Source: Botryllus schlosseri (taxonomy: Eukaryota). Taken from it: a DNA stretch of 64,000 bases. The DNA lies in NCBI GenBank assembly GCA_051294905.1, contig CM119377.1, forward strand, positions 29,884,001-29,948,000, given 5' to 3'. Positions 14,201 through 26,337 of this stretch are shown here, one piece after another (the first letter of the stretch is position 1; every line of letters begins with the position of its first letter). The notes beneath the pieces were generated by a model. That model made no database searches, was not told the origin of the DNA, and worked only from the letters and a program-made list of their open reading frames with translations. The translations under genes and the position numbers were made by a program.

Positions 14201-15794
14201 GCTGCCAAATGCGAGTTACGTTAGCGCATTAACGTGTGCGGAAATCAAAGGGATTATATAAACTAGCATGCATTATATCACAACCATCGATGGTCTGCAA
14301 TGGATCTGTTCGTAAAAATCCTTTAGATCCCTTTCGAATATGACGCATTTCTGAGGAAAATGAATGCCTTCAAAATGTTTTTCACGCCACGAACTTTAAT
14401 TCGGGACCACGTTATGTTTAAAGCACATAGTGCCCCATTAAAGACATCCCAATTCGATCTGGTAATTACTAGTGTTGAATTTGAATATCCGAAATGTGCC
14501 TTTTGGCTCATATATCCGAATTCTGAGTATAGCATTTGGGAAGTTGATGACAAAAGACCATCACCGGTAGTGAGGCCGTGGCATTTAGTCTTGGCCGAAA
14601 ATGATGACATTATTTAGTCACCATCACCATCAGAATCTAGCACTGAACATTGACATGACGTATGTGGATGACCATTTTTAGTCATCCCTTTCCCAGTGAT
14701 GAACGGATAATCATTTTTGGAAATCCGAATCCACCCGAAGGCTTGAGTATCAAAGAAAATGTTCGTCCCAATCTGAAAAGTCACGTTCAAAAATCAGCCC
14801 AAACGCAGCAAATCTCATTCAAAAATCCGAAACATCCGCACTGAACCGCTTTGTCGAATAAACCTAATTGTAAAGCTGAGCTGAAGTTCAGTTAGGGAAT
14901 AGCCATTGCAAAGGCTATGGTCAGGGCTGTATGTAGTGTTGCATATAAAAAAAATGGTTGTTGAAATCACTTTGTTTATAACATGTTTCAAACAATGTTT
15001 TAAACAAATGACTTTTTTAAGTTTTAAAATCATGCCATAATTGTGTAAATACTTTCCAACAAACATGTTGTATGAGCTTACGGACAATTACCACCCGATA
15101 TAGCCGACGTATACGATATGGGATGGTTGGAACCCTCAAAATATAGTCGGTTCAACAGCTATGGTACAGATATGTCGTCAAAGGAGCTATATTTACCCGA
15201 TATTTTCAATTGTCAATGCCAATACACTATGACGTCACAATAGAATACTCGTGGCGTCATGGCTTAAAAATCATGTTTTTAACAAAGGCCTTGGTTTAAA
15301 CATGTTTGTTTTAAATTGATTTTTGTTTTAAATGCAGCCCTAGTTATATGATTTATTTTGGCTGGTTGGACGTCAGACCCCATCACAGGGTCTTCTGTGT
15401 TCGATTATCTAGTCAGTGAAGTGTTTCTCCTGCTTTGTAATCAAAACTAACTTTTGGATACAACTACCCGGATATATTCGAAACAAAAGCTGAATTATAA
15501 TCCGCATCCAATCCGACTGCCAGTAAATTGTGCAAATTCCAGTCCGAATATTATATGAACCCGACTGATGCTAATCACTGTCCGCTTCGCAGATCATACA
15601 GGCAGGTCGCAGGGTATGGAGCAAATCAGGTCATAAATGATGTCCGGTTTCAAATTTTACTTTTCTGAGCCCCTGACAATTGTTGAGGACGAGTCGAATA
15701 CACCAGCAAGTATGCAGTTAAATAGTGTAGTTAAAGACATTATACGCCGGCGAATGTCTATGTTCCACTTCATCCTAATTACCACGCCCATTAC

Positions 15795-17030
15795 TAGGGT
15801 TGCCGGAGAACCCGGCCCTTGGAGAACCCGGCCCTACCAACTCGGCCCTCGGAGAACCCGGCCCTTGGAGAACCCGGCCCTCGGTGAATTCCTCGGGAAA
15901 TTTTGAAATTAAGTGTATTCACAAGTATTAATATGAATTAATAAAGTAATAATGTTATTATCAACTGATTTGTCAATCTTATAAGGAGGTCAGGGCATGC
16001 GTAGATCACGCAGTCACGGAGTGATCAGATCACGTGATCACGCTTGCGTGGTCGGCTCAGTGTTGAATTGACTTGGCGCGGGGCGGACGTGCGACATACT
16101 CGTATCTGTTCATGACATCGCATTGGGTCTTATCGCATTGTACATTGTGTGTGAATTGTTCAGATGAAAAATATATCCCAACGATTGTTATTGCTCACAT
16201 ATCAACCACTCGTGGTCTGCTCGTTATTGCAACTGTAGGTTGAGGTGGGGTGTTAGGGTTGGGTAGGGTAGTTGGGAATGGAGACATTAAGGTTCGGGGA
16301 GTGGGACATTAGGGTTGCCGGAGGTGGGATATTAGGGTTGCCGGAGGTGGGATATTAGGGTTGCCGGGGTGGGATATTAGGGTTGCCGGGGTTGGGATAT
16401 TAGGGTTGCCGGGGGTGGGATATTAGGGTTGCCGGGGGTGGGATATTAGGGTTGCGGGGGTGGGATATTAGGGTTGCCGGGGGTGGGATATTAGGGTTGC
16501 CGGGGGTGGGATATTAGGGTTGCCGGGGGTGGGATATTAGGGTTGCCGGGGATGGGATATTAGAGTGGCCTGGGGTGGGATATTAGGGTTGCCGGGGGTG
16601 GGATATCGGGGTTGTCGGGGGTGGGATATTAGGGTGGCCGGGGTGGGATATTAGGTCAGATGCTGCAAAGCTGCGGCATCAAACTCCAAGTGCCGAGTTC
16701 CCTGGCAAACAATCATGGTGAACCGGTAGCATGCGTGGTAGATTCTTCGATATCAGGCTCTCGCACTGGGAGATCTACCACGGCACGTGATTGTTCCCTA
16801 CCTGAGAATCATATCACATTTAATGCATTTTTAATTCAAAATTGTTCGAGGGCCGCATTCACCGAGGTCCAGAGTAGTCGAAAAACGCCATGAATACCAC
16901 AACAAGTAGACCACGCGTGCTTGATATACAAAATTTCGAGTTCGTCGAGGGCCGGGTTCTCCAAGGGCCGGGTTTCCGAGAGCCGAGTTGATAGGGCCGG
17001 GTTCTCCAAGGGCCGGGTTCTCTGGTAATC
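15795..17030. mobile_element. Non-autonomous DNA-transposon-like element with iterated GGAGAACCCGGCCC inverted subterminal repeats; superfamily unassigned
   Basis: Repeats at 15800-15890 are mirrored at 16945-17028; no TSD identified. Confidence 0.55.
16302..16654 (+). repeat. 23-bp G-rich minisatellite (GGGATATTAGGGTTGCCGGGGGT), about 15 copies
   Basis: Direct reading of sequence. Confidence 0.9.
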
Positions 17031-17530
17031 ATTTCTACACCCATTGTCACGTAGTTGCTACCATTTGGAAGTTTCACAATAATTAAAAGTGACCTTACCG
17101 AGAACTCAACTAACTAGGCTTGCCTGCTTCAAATTTCACGGCAATCACCGCTAAATTATCACGGCGACACTGGGTGGAGATCATAGAGTTTCCTCAACTT
17201 AAGTGCCTTCGGCAACTTAACTGTGTTATGTATGTTACTCAAACTCAACATCGAGATCATAAATTTTCCTCACACTACTTAACTGAGTGCCTCTCAACAC
17301 TCAACTCACTGTGTGAAAATCCACAATAAAGCATAGCCAGATTGTATTTCATCGAAATGACGTCATTGTTCAAAGCCGTCCAAAAGGAAACGGCGTTAGT
17401 TCCGATCGTTGTCGTTCGCAAAAGAGAAATATTTAGCATTCTTCTGATAACCAAGGAAATGACTGGGCCATTGAGGAACTGTAAATTCTGCAAACTGCTG
17501 CGATTTCTCGCAGACGCCTCCAGGGACGTG

Positions 17531-17935
17531 AGTAGTAGAGAAATGGTGGATATAGCCGCATGCAAGGTTTTAACTTAAGGAAACTAAATTCTCCAATAAA
17601 ATAAAGAAACAAAGGATAACGGACTTACGCATTTTGCAGAAATACAGAGGGTAGTTCCCCGCGTGACGGATTGCTGCAAGCGATCTGATCGATATGTGGC
17701 TGTCTGATTTCCGATTGAAATGAGTTTGGTGTAATATTTCTGACGTAATTTTCGCGGTTGTAGCGTGACTTGTTATTTATGAGTGGATTGATAACTGGTT
17801 CTGTCTGTTGATTTCAAAACCCGGCTGACCTATCGTGTCGCGCTTTCTGGAATTGAGTACGGTTGCAATCTGTGTATCAAAACTCGTTTGCGTTGAATAT
17901 AATTTTATTATCAGGCGAATAATATCAAGGTTATT
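17531..17935 (+). repeat. Left TIR of element A (~405 bp)
   Basis: Reverse complement of 56211-56615; about 6 mismatches seen, mostly at the inner end. Confidence 0.95.
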
Positions 17936-18407
17936 GTATTCTTTGCTGTAATTTTCCACGTATGATCATCGAATCTTTCTGGATCTCTATGGTATGTACT
18001 CCGACGAAACGGAAAAGTTCTCCCGGCATGACTCGGCGTGTAATCGTGGGTTGGTTGATCCAATTTCTCTTGAATGTGATGGGATGAGGAAAAATTTGTC
18101 CATTGAACATTATATCTGTGAAGTGAACGTTCCTCTTGATTCGTATATGGGAGTCTATGCTATATTTCAAGTGCACGGTCAAGGCATTGGGCCAAACGAA
18201 ACGATGCAAATTCACGGTTGGCGTTTGAGCTGACATACTCTGGTCCTGAACGATACCCTTTCACCTTCGTGTTATGGCGGCTACCAATATTGCGGGGTTG
18301 ATGCTCTCGCTTCACGATCAATCACAACGAATACGAGTATCGGATAAAGATTTATTGAATAACGATATAACGTGATATACATACGAGAGAAAAAATACAC
18401 AAGAAAT

Positions 18408-18858
18408 TCACGAGTATAGTATATTTCTTTGTTTGCGCACAAAATTGGTCACCAAGTTGTCATTAGCGCGTTTGCTAGGTCCGAAGACATCTAGATAATC
18501 TAGAGTCCCGACACCTTGACATTTCTTTATGATGAATGTCACAGAATGCTGGCCGCATGTGGTTGCACGGATTGACTGTAATTGTATACTGGTAAAAGTA
18601 TAATCGTCCTTGCCGAGTAGCCTATATCTCCGGTTTCAATGGGGGTACTCCAAACGAATCATGAAAGTGTGTATCGTTTCGATCAGCGAAGATACTGATC
18701 CAATGTGAACCTTTTTTCGCGTTTGGATCGTAATTTATCACGACGGCATAGGGCTTCGATAATTTCGAGGCTAGAAGATCGATCGCAAACGTACCGGCAA
18801 AGACATCTTTCGTGTCAGGGTGATTAAATAAAATGTCGTTGATCTGATCGGTGTTCAT
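18408..18858 (-). pseudogene. Adenain-like cysteine protease of A, frameshifted at ~18623
   Basis: GSHW and FHDSFG motifs in the first frame; ...LQSIRATTCGQH... continues in a shifted frame; homologous to 41603-42058. Confidence 0.9.
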
Positions 18859-19973
18859 ACAGATATTACTTCACGCTTCTCTGAGATTTCCAAAAGTTGT
18901 TGATACTCTTTGAGACAAATCAAAGTTGCGCCTTTTGGTAAACCTTCGGTGAGAGTTATGTGTAGTTTAACAGAACCGTTGCGTTCCAACTGGAAACATC
19001 CTTGGTGTGTTCTGTCCGGCGTCAAGTCGAATCCGAACAGCGTATACCCTGATTTATAGCTATTTCTCGTGACAGTTGGATCCGATTCTGATTGCCATTT
19101 ACCCATAGATTCATAGACACTGAACAAGCCTTCCAGGTTTGTGTTTTTACTGAAATCAAATCTAAATTCTCGACCATTTCTCAGGACGCCATCCACATTC
19201 AACGCCATCGAGCCGATATTATAGTGACGAAAATTAAACGGGTTCCTCGTCTTGCTGCCGCTATATGCAGCTGTCGGTACTAATCCCACGACGATACGCC
19301 GAGGCATTATACCCGAAACTAGTGTTTTCTCGATAGATGTATCGCCTGCCCCGAACGAGTGGTTACTCATAGACAGTTTTACCCACGGATATTTAGCCGA
19401 ATGCGTCTGGAGCATCGATTTGTGAGCCAGGCTAATAGAATCCGAGATTTGGATCTGTTTAACATGTAATTCTACTTTCTTCAACACGATTGTAGAATCG
19501 GGATCGCCAACCAGACAAAAAGCGTCGTCGTTTCGAATTAACCGTAGCGACAAATCAACCCCGTCTAGCAAATAACGATCTTGGTCAAACAATCCGATTG
19601 GAATTTTCCCAATTAACTCGACTGTCTCGCTATTCTTGGTCAACGCTTTTCGTGCGACGAAACCCGTATTAGCAGCTCCAAAGGTATCGTGATGACCAAT
19701 CGTATCCGGAATCCAACCCAAGCACTGTAAATAGCTTTCGCCGACCGCACTCGAGGTATTTAGCAGATGGAATAGAAAGCTCTTGTAGGCGTGGTTGTTG
19801 CCTGAAGTCGAAACCAATTTCGTACCGAGATATACATCGATTTGCTTGAATAACGCGTCGAATATATCCGAAACCACAGTGACATTGCCCTCGCCAATAG
19901 AGGTCCCGTCTGTCTTTGTGACTTGAAGTTGTATTTTCATAAACGTATTGGTGAGATCTAGATATACCCCGCA
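18855..19973 (-). pseudogene. MCP: Major capsid protein of A, 3' part (split by element B)
   Basis: Aligns by eye to MCP at 40329-41606 (QDRYLL, AKYP, NPFNF motifs); joins 27741-27902 in frame as ...NVKGSG|VYLDLTNTF, about 424 aa in total. Confidence 0.93.
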
Positions 19974-21377
19974 AGTAGTGTAGTAGATCGGTCGTGGTGT
20001 GCGCTTTTTTGCATGGGGTAGTATAGGTGCGGTCGCACATCGTATGGAAAACTCGTGGTGGCACATCGTACTTTTGGACCCCCCCCTCTCGGTCGCACAT
20101 CGTAATGTGTTCTCATGGATGCGCTCGCACGTCGTACTTTCAGGTATAGGCATCTGTCGCATATCGTATTGAAAACTCGTGTTGGCACATCGTACTTTTA
20201 GGTATAGGGATCTGTCGCACGTCGTACTTTCGCATGTCGTATTTCGCGTATAGGCTGTGGTGGTGATTCGCCATGTGTTCTTATGGGTGCGTCGGCATAT
20301 CGTACTTTCGGGTATAGGTATCTCTCGACCGGTGTTGAATATGTATCAAGTAAATAGTCACGTGATTGGTACTTAGTTAATGTGTATATCCCAAATTATT
20401 ATATATGACCGATTCCAGGTAATCCCAACGTTTACGGTGAGTGTGGTATAATATATCGTTATTCTTATGGCCGCGGCGGTGATTCGTACTTTCGGGTGTA
20501 GACTGCGGGCGGCATGTCGTACTTTTAGCAAAAAAGGGTGTGAAATAGTTTGCTAAATCTAGGAATCAGTCGGTTGGTAATTAGTTTACCACGGAGCCGG
20601 CGTAGACGGCGTTTCCAATACCAACAATAGCCGCGTTCACATATTAACACTCCAAATAGGTGTGAAATAGTTTGCAAACCCTGCGATCGCTGACAAGATA
20701 ATGTCTCAGACATACGCGACTTGATGTTACAGGCATATCGCTCGCTCACGCGGTGAAATTTTCGTAAGCAGTTTGTCGCAGAACTTGATTTCACTCGTGA
20801 AGATTTAATAAGTAACGAATAACAGACCGCCAGTGTCGGTAACTTGAATAGCGACAAATTGTCACTTATTTCTACTCTAACCCTAATCCTTTGTGAAGTG
20901 TACGCTTATTCAAAAAGGTGCGAAATAATTCTAAAATCCTACGATCGCTCACAAGATAACACCTATAAGACATAACCATCTCTCGTGACTTGTGGTTACA
21001 TGCATCGCAATCGCTACAATGTAATATGTTGGTAGTTTGGTGCAGAACTGGATTTCACGAGTCTGATATAATAAGAATATTACCTATTAAGTAATAAGCA
21101 CCGAATAACAGAACCGGCGCAGACGGTGACTTGAATATCCAAGATTTGATACTTTCCGCGATCGCTATATGTTTCACGTTGACTTTGGTTGCGTGATGCG
21201 AATCATGAGAATATTCAATCAATGTGTCAATTTGTCAACTTGAAATGAAACTCACTACACAGACCAAGTTGATTCGTATTTGAATGTGTTGATCCGGTAC
21301 AACTCTAAGCCTTTGAGAAATCCATTCACCGCGAACAGTTGATTCGAACGTAACCTGAATATTGCTGACTGCAACTT
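19974..21377 (+). repeat. Left TIR of element B (~1.4 kb)
   Basis: Reverse complement of 26338-27740; about ten differences seen; mirrored ORFs 20525-20857 and 26858-27190. Confidence 0.95.
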
Positions 21378-21750
21378 GTCTATCTTTGTCTATCTCCAAG
21401 TCATCTATACCCACACTGAATGTACAGAGTCGGTGCATGACGAGACTTGAAAAGACGAATTTGTCACCCATGATATTTGTAATGTTAGACACGATGTTAT
21501 CCATGATGGATGTAATGTCATACACCTCGTTTACGTGATTACTTGTGTGGGCAAATAATCGCGAAGTAAACTTGATTTGTGCGATGTCTTGTTATTTTCC
21601 TGGAGACACAGGTTGTGGCATGTTTACTTGAATATGGTTTATCGATTCAGAGTTGATATCCGGAGCCGGTTAATACTTTCTCGGGGTTTCCGATTTCAAA
21701 CTGAATGGTGTGGTATGTAGGCTATTGGTCAATAAAGAGCGACACAACAT
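21235..21750 (-). pseudogene. Decayed ORF of unknown function (172 codons, two in-frame TAA) crossing B's TIR boundary
   Basis: One continuous frame MLCRS...VSFISS with two internal stops. Confidence 0.4.
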
Positions 21751-22149
21751 AGTAAACACGTGTGAGATAGATCACAAGTAACCCGGAGTTGTTAGCCCGA
21801 TGGAAACATAAATTCCTCGATTTCCGACTACCGTTATCTGCGTGCCAAACATTTACCGAAGTCGAGGCGGTGTTTTATTCAGACACTTTGACTCTGGAAA
21901 ATCCAAAGCACGAACCTGGACATCACAGACATGTCGAAACCTATTGTCCAATTTCCAAAGCATGCATTTCGGTGTACAAGGGCATATTGTTATTTCATGT
22001 GGTTAACCGATAATATTGATGTGATACGACTGATGCAGGAATACTCTGAAACCGGTAGTCCGTGTATATTTACGTCACTGTTCGTTGTAATCTATTTCAA
22101 ACTGTCGTCAATACAACAAATTCCAAGTTGGCGGGTGTGTTTGTCAAAT

Positions 22150-22640
22150 TTCCAAATGAAAGTGGTTTTGTTACTATAGGAAAAGATAGATGGCCAAGTG
22201 AAAATGTATTGTTGCACTGGGTAAACACCAGATCTCCAAAGGAAAATGATGTTTTTACTAAGGTAAACGACGGACCGCCAAGTGAAAATGGTTTGTTGCT
22301 CAGGGGAAAAAATATATTTACAAGTGAAAATGGTTTGTTAACCGGGGGAAAATAGTCTTCCAAAGGAAAAGGGGTTTGTTACTCTAGGAAACGATAGACC
22401 CCCAGGTGAAAAAGGTTTGTTAACCAGGGAAAAATAGATTTCCAAAGGAAAAAGGTTTGTTACCCGGGGAAAAAATATATTTCCAAGTGAAAAAGGTTTG
22501 TTGCTCGGGGGAAAAATATATTTCCAAATAAAAATGTATTGTCATTCTGGGTAACCGTCAGATCTCCAAAGGAAAATGCTATGTTTACTCAGGTAAACGA
22601 CGGACTACCAAGTGAAAGTGGTAATTTTACATAGGTAAAC
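22150..22640 (-). repeat. Degenerate ~39-bp tandem repeat encoding a 13-aa unit (FSLGxxxFxxVNxP)
   Basis: Periodic FSLG/FSFG motif in ORF 22097-22363 and in the upstream frame, with stops and frameshifts. Confidence 0.6.
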
Positions 22641-24390
22641 GTCGTGGGTTCAGTGTCGTTGGTCTTTTTAAACGTAGCTGTCGAGCTGTACAATATACTT
22701 GTCGTGAATATACAATTACGAAGGGGGATAATGAAATTGCTATTATGAGTGCCAGAAGGTTGTTGTATGTAGATTTGACAGTAACCCTATCATTCGCATA
22801 TGACAAACAGAATCATGGCCATTAACTAACTTGCTCGGTCTCGATCAATGCAAAAGAGATGGTTCGTTTTTTGAAACCGTAGCGAAGACCACATGTAAAT
22901 CTATGCGATAGACTTTTATCTCCTTACATTCAGTCGTGTCGTTTCCATTTTAATACGGGCCCCCACATGTATGACATGCACACACAAACGCCGTAAACAG
23001 AAGTCGATGATTTTGATTAATAAAAATATTTCTTGACTACATCGGAATGTCTATGTTGTAGAAAGTAAATACTATTATGGTGTTGTGCGTTTAATGAAAG
23101 CGATTGGTTACAAGTATGTTTTGGGAAAATAAAATTCATTTTTCTGTATGTGGCAGTTTGTGAGGAAATGAAAATTGATTCGTGGTTTTAATTGAATTGC
23201 GCTGTTTTAATGTACGATTCAACATGGAGACTTGACGCTGAACAACAACTCGATTCACTAAACAATCTGTCACTGGTGTGCAAAGGGTTAGGAAAATTTT
23301 AATACAGCTCCATCTACTGGTTGTTGTGAGGACAATCATGTGATGACTCGGGACTTTTCGGTAGCAAAGTAGATTGATCTCTGTGAAAGATGTAGGGACC
23401 GTGACTAGAAAACATATGTACTCTGTTGTTGGAGTATCTGGTTTATTGTTATGACATTGACAGAACCCTCGGGAAGTGGGTATGCTTTTCTTTCGCGAAA
23501 GTTTACACGGCTCCGTTGTAATGAATTTGTGTTAACTAAACTTGGATGGATACCGCAACTGTGCTCGACTTACACATGGTATTCGCATACTGCACGCATA
23601 CTAACTTTAGTGTAAACAACTCTGATGTTTCTGTTCGTACTAATTCTGTGTTGAACTATTTGATTATTAAGATACATGAACAACCATTCAGACAATAAAG
23701 TTCTTGTGACATCGAAACAGTTTGAAAGCCCCATTGTACAGGTTCGTAGCATGGGAATATCGAATATTTTCGTGTGTCATGAATATCTTTCTTATACACT
23801 TAGTATGAAATGAGATAATAATTAGTGTCCTACAAAAGTAAAACATGTTGTGTTTGATTGCATACTTTTTATCGTTGTTCGTTGTGGTTTTGAAAGATGG
23901 ATGAGTTAACATTTAAATATAGTAAGCGGAACAACTCAAGTAATAAATGTTACTCGTTTGAAAATCGGTTCGTTTGAAAATATCGATCAACGGAGTAACA
24001 GTATCAATATGAATGGTATATTATTTTTTGCGATATGTACCAACCTTCTAAGTATAACTAAATTTATCATGCCATAGAAAAGTCGGTTGTTACGAATTCG
24101 ACGCAAATGTACTTCGATTATTACGATGATGGAAATTACGATCAACGGAGTATTTCGAGGTGGATGTGTATCGTTTGGTATGTTCACCAATCACTAAATG
24201 TTGGTTAGTGAAACGATACATTTACAAGTTTACCGAAATCTTGATTTACAAATGACAGCTTGATGATGTAAAGCTCAACCACTCAAATGTGTTCATTGCA
24301 GAGTATTTGACACAAACAAGATATCGAATGGAGACCAACACATTGGTTTCATTTCCGAGTGGGTGAAAATTTTTTCTGCTGGACCTATAT

Positions 24391-24620
24391 GATTTACATT
24401 TAGAAAAACGATCTACACCGATTAGGTGACACTGTTTACTATCCAACGACTGAGTGAAATTTCTTAGGGTTTTGATTTACCGAGTTCATTATCAGCGATG
24501 GCCAGGTATGATTTGTATTTAGAAAAAGCGACCCACACCGATTAGGCGACACTGTTTAATATCCAATGAGTGAGTGAAATTTCTTAGGGGTTTGATTTAT
24601 CCAGTTAACTACCAGCGATT
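24391..24620 (+). repeat. Two-copy ~119-bp tandem duplication in B
   Basis: CACCGATTAGG...GAGTGAAATTTCTTAGG block at ~24391 and ~24510. Confidence 0.75.
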
Positions 24621-26337
24621 CAATCACATCCAAGTAACGTATTTTAGTGGCCGAGTATTGTGACGAATGACGATGGGAAAATTTCCAATTTCTCTGATCG
24701 TATGCGTTACACAATTAGTTCTAGTATGCATTCAGTGAACATCATACAAATTGACAACAACTTTCCTTAGTTTGGTTACATGATGACAATTATTCTGGAG
24801 GTTCAAATCGATATCGCTACTATGAACAGCAATACAAACACATTTTTGTAGATTTCAGTGTAGCACATACTTCGATATTATTGTTATGGGTTTTGTATTA
24901 ACCAAGACCAGTTCAATAGAATCCGTCCAGTAAAGATACCTCTATTTACTTTTTTGATGATCAAAGTCTTAGAGTGTGACCTCGTAATGTTTTTACATTT
25001 CACGCATTTTCGACAGAGAGTGTGAACAGAGTTTAACACAGATTAAATGACACCACCCCGGAGCCCAAAGTGATATTTTCGTACTGCGTAATGTGCGTAT
25101 GTTTCAATTCGATGTCGCAGATTCCGACAATAAAGTATTGCACCGGTTGTTAATCAGCAAACGAAATTGTTGTTTCATCTTTAGTCTTGGTTACTGGAAA
25201 CAATTACATTTGTAAAATATTTTCTGATATCCGCGATGCACAGAGTGATATGTACCAAGGTGGAATAATTTTTCAATCATGAACATTTCAGACACGCATG
25301 GTTTTACAACTCAATATGTTAATAACAACGGTACTGAAAAGTTTGTTGCTGTCATAATAACCTTTACCACAACGCCGGGTCTAATTAACGCGAATAATTC
25401 AATAATCAAGTCATGATAGATCATTACAAAATCTCATATGTTAAATCGATGTGACAATCCATATGTTTACAGCATGATAACTTTGAATATAACACCAGCG
25501 TTCGATTGTAAGAAATGAAGTCGCAACTACGTTGATCATACTTTCAAATGTCGTATACTCAAATATATTATGTTAATCTCAAGTCGCCGACACCGAGAAG
25601 TAATTACTTTTGTCTTACAAAATATACCACATAGTAATTTCTTTGTCTTGCGGCATAGTAACGACTTTTACAGTTGAACAAAAAAGACGAGTTGGTGGTA
25701 TATGCCTAAAACCGAACTTGATATGTTTGTGGGTTGTAGTGATTACTCGCGTAGTCTTGTCTATACTTTTCGTATGGACACTTTTGGCTTTGGTTCGGTG
25801 AGTTAGAAACGGATTGACTTGACAAGGTTTTTGTATTTCACTCTTCTGCGTATGGTAAGATGTTAAAATGTTGAGATGTCATAGTGATAATATTTCTGAA
25901 ACTCTCTTTGACAAACGTAAAGACAGGTCGCGAATACAGTTGTAATGTTTCATGGCTTGTTTCGAATCAATGTGCGTATAATCTCGAAATGTGACTGGGT
26001 GAAAGTTGGTAGTCATGTTTGTCAATGTCTTTCAATTCAGACTGTGTCAAAGTCCTAATATTTCATTTTGGATTATCTGAATTTACTTTTAGTTAATCCT
26101 GCAAATGGATTCGGATGCGGCACTATAACATTTTTGATAATAAGGACTCAAGGATTTTCAATCAACAATACCTGAATTTTTTGGTAATGCTAGAGTTGGC
26201 AAATGCTAAGTTGCGTGTTATTGTTAAGCGTTTGATTTCTCAGTAATAAATACAATTATTGTATGTTTAGTTAGTTGGTATTGATTCTATAGGCGTGAAA
26301 CAGCAGCGTGGAATGTGTGAATAATTTGATGCGGCTG

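Noticed and set aside
16302-16654. Telomeric array or CRISPR
   Set aside because: TTAGGG occurs only once per 23-bp unit and there are no unique spacers; it is a minisatellite.
17931-18330. Possible accessory gene between A's left TIR and the protease
   Set aside because: Only short, stop-interrupted frames with no recognisable motif.
20525-20857. 110-aa ORF present twice (also 26858-27190)
   Set aside because: The duplication simply reflects B's TIR; TTG start and no recognisable motifs.
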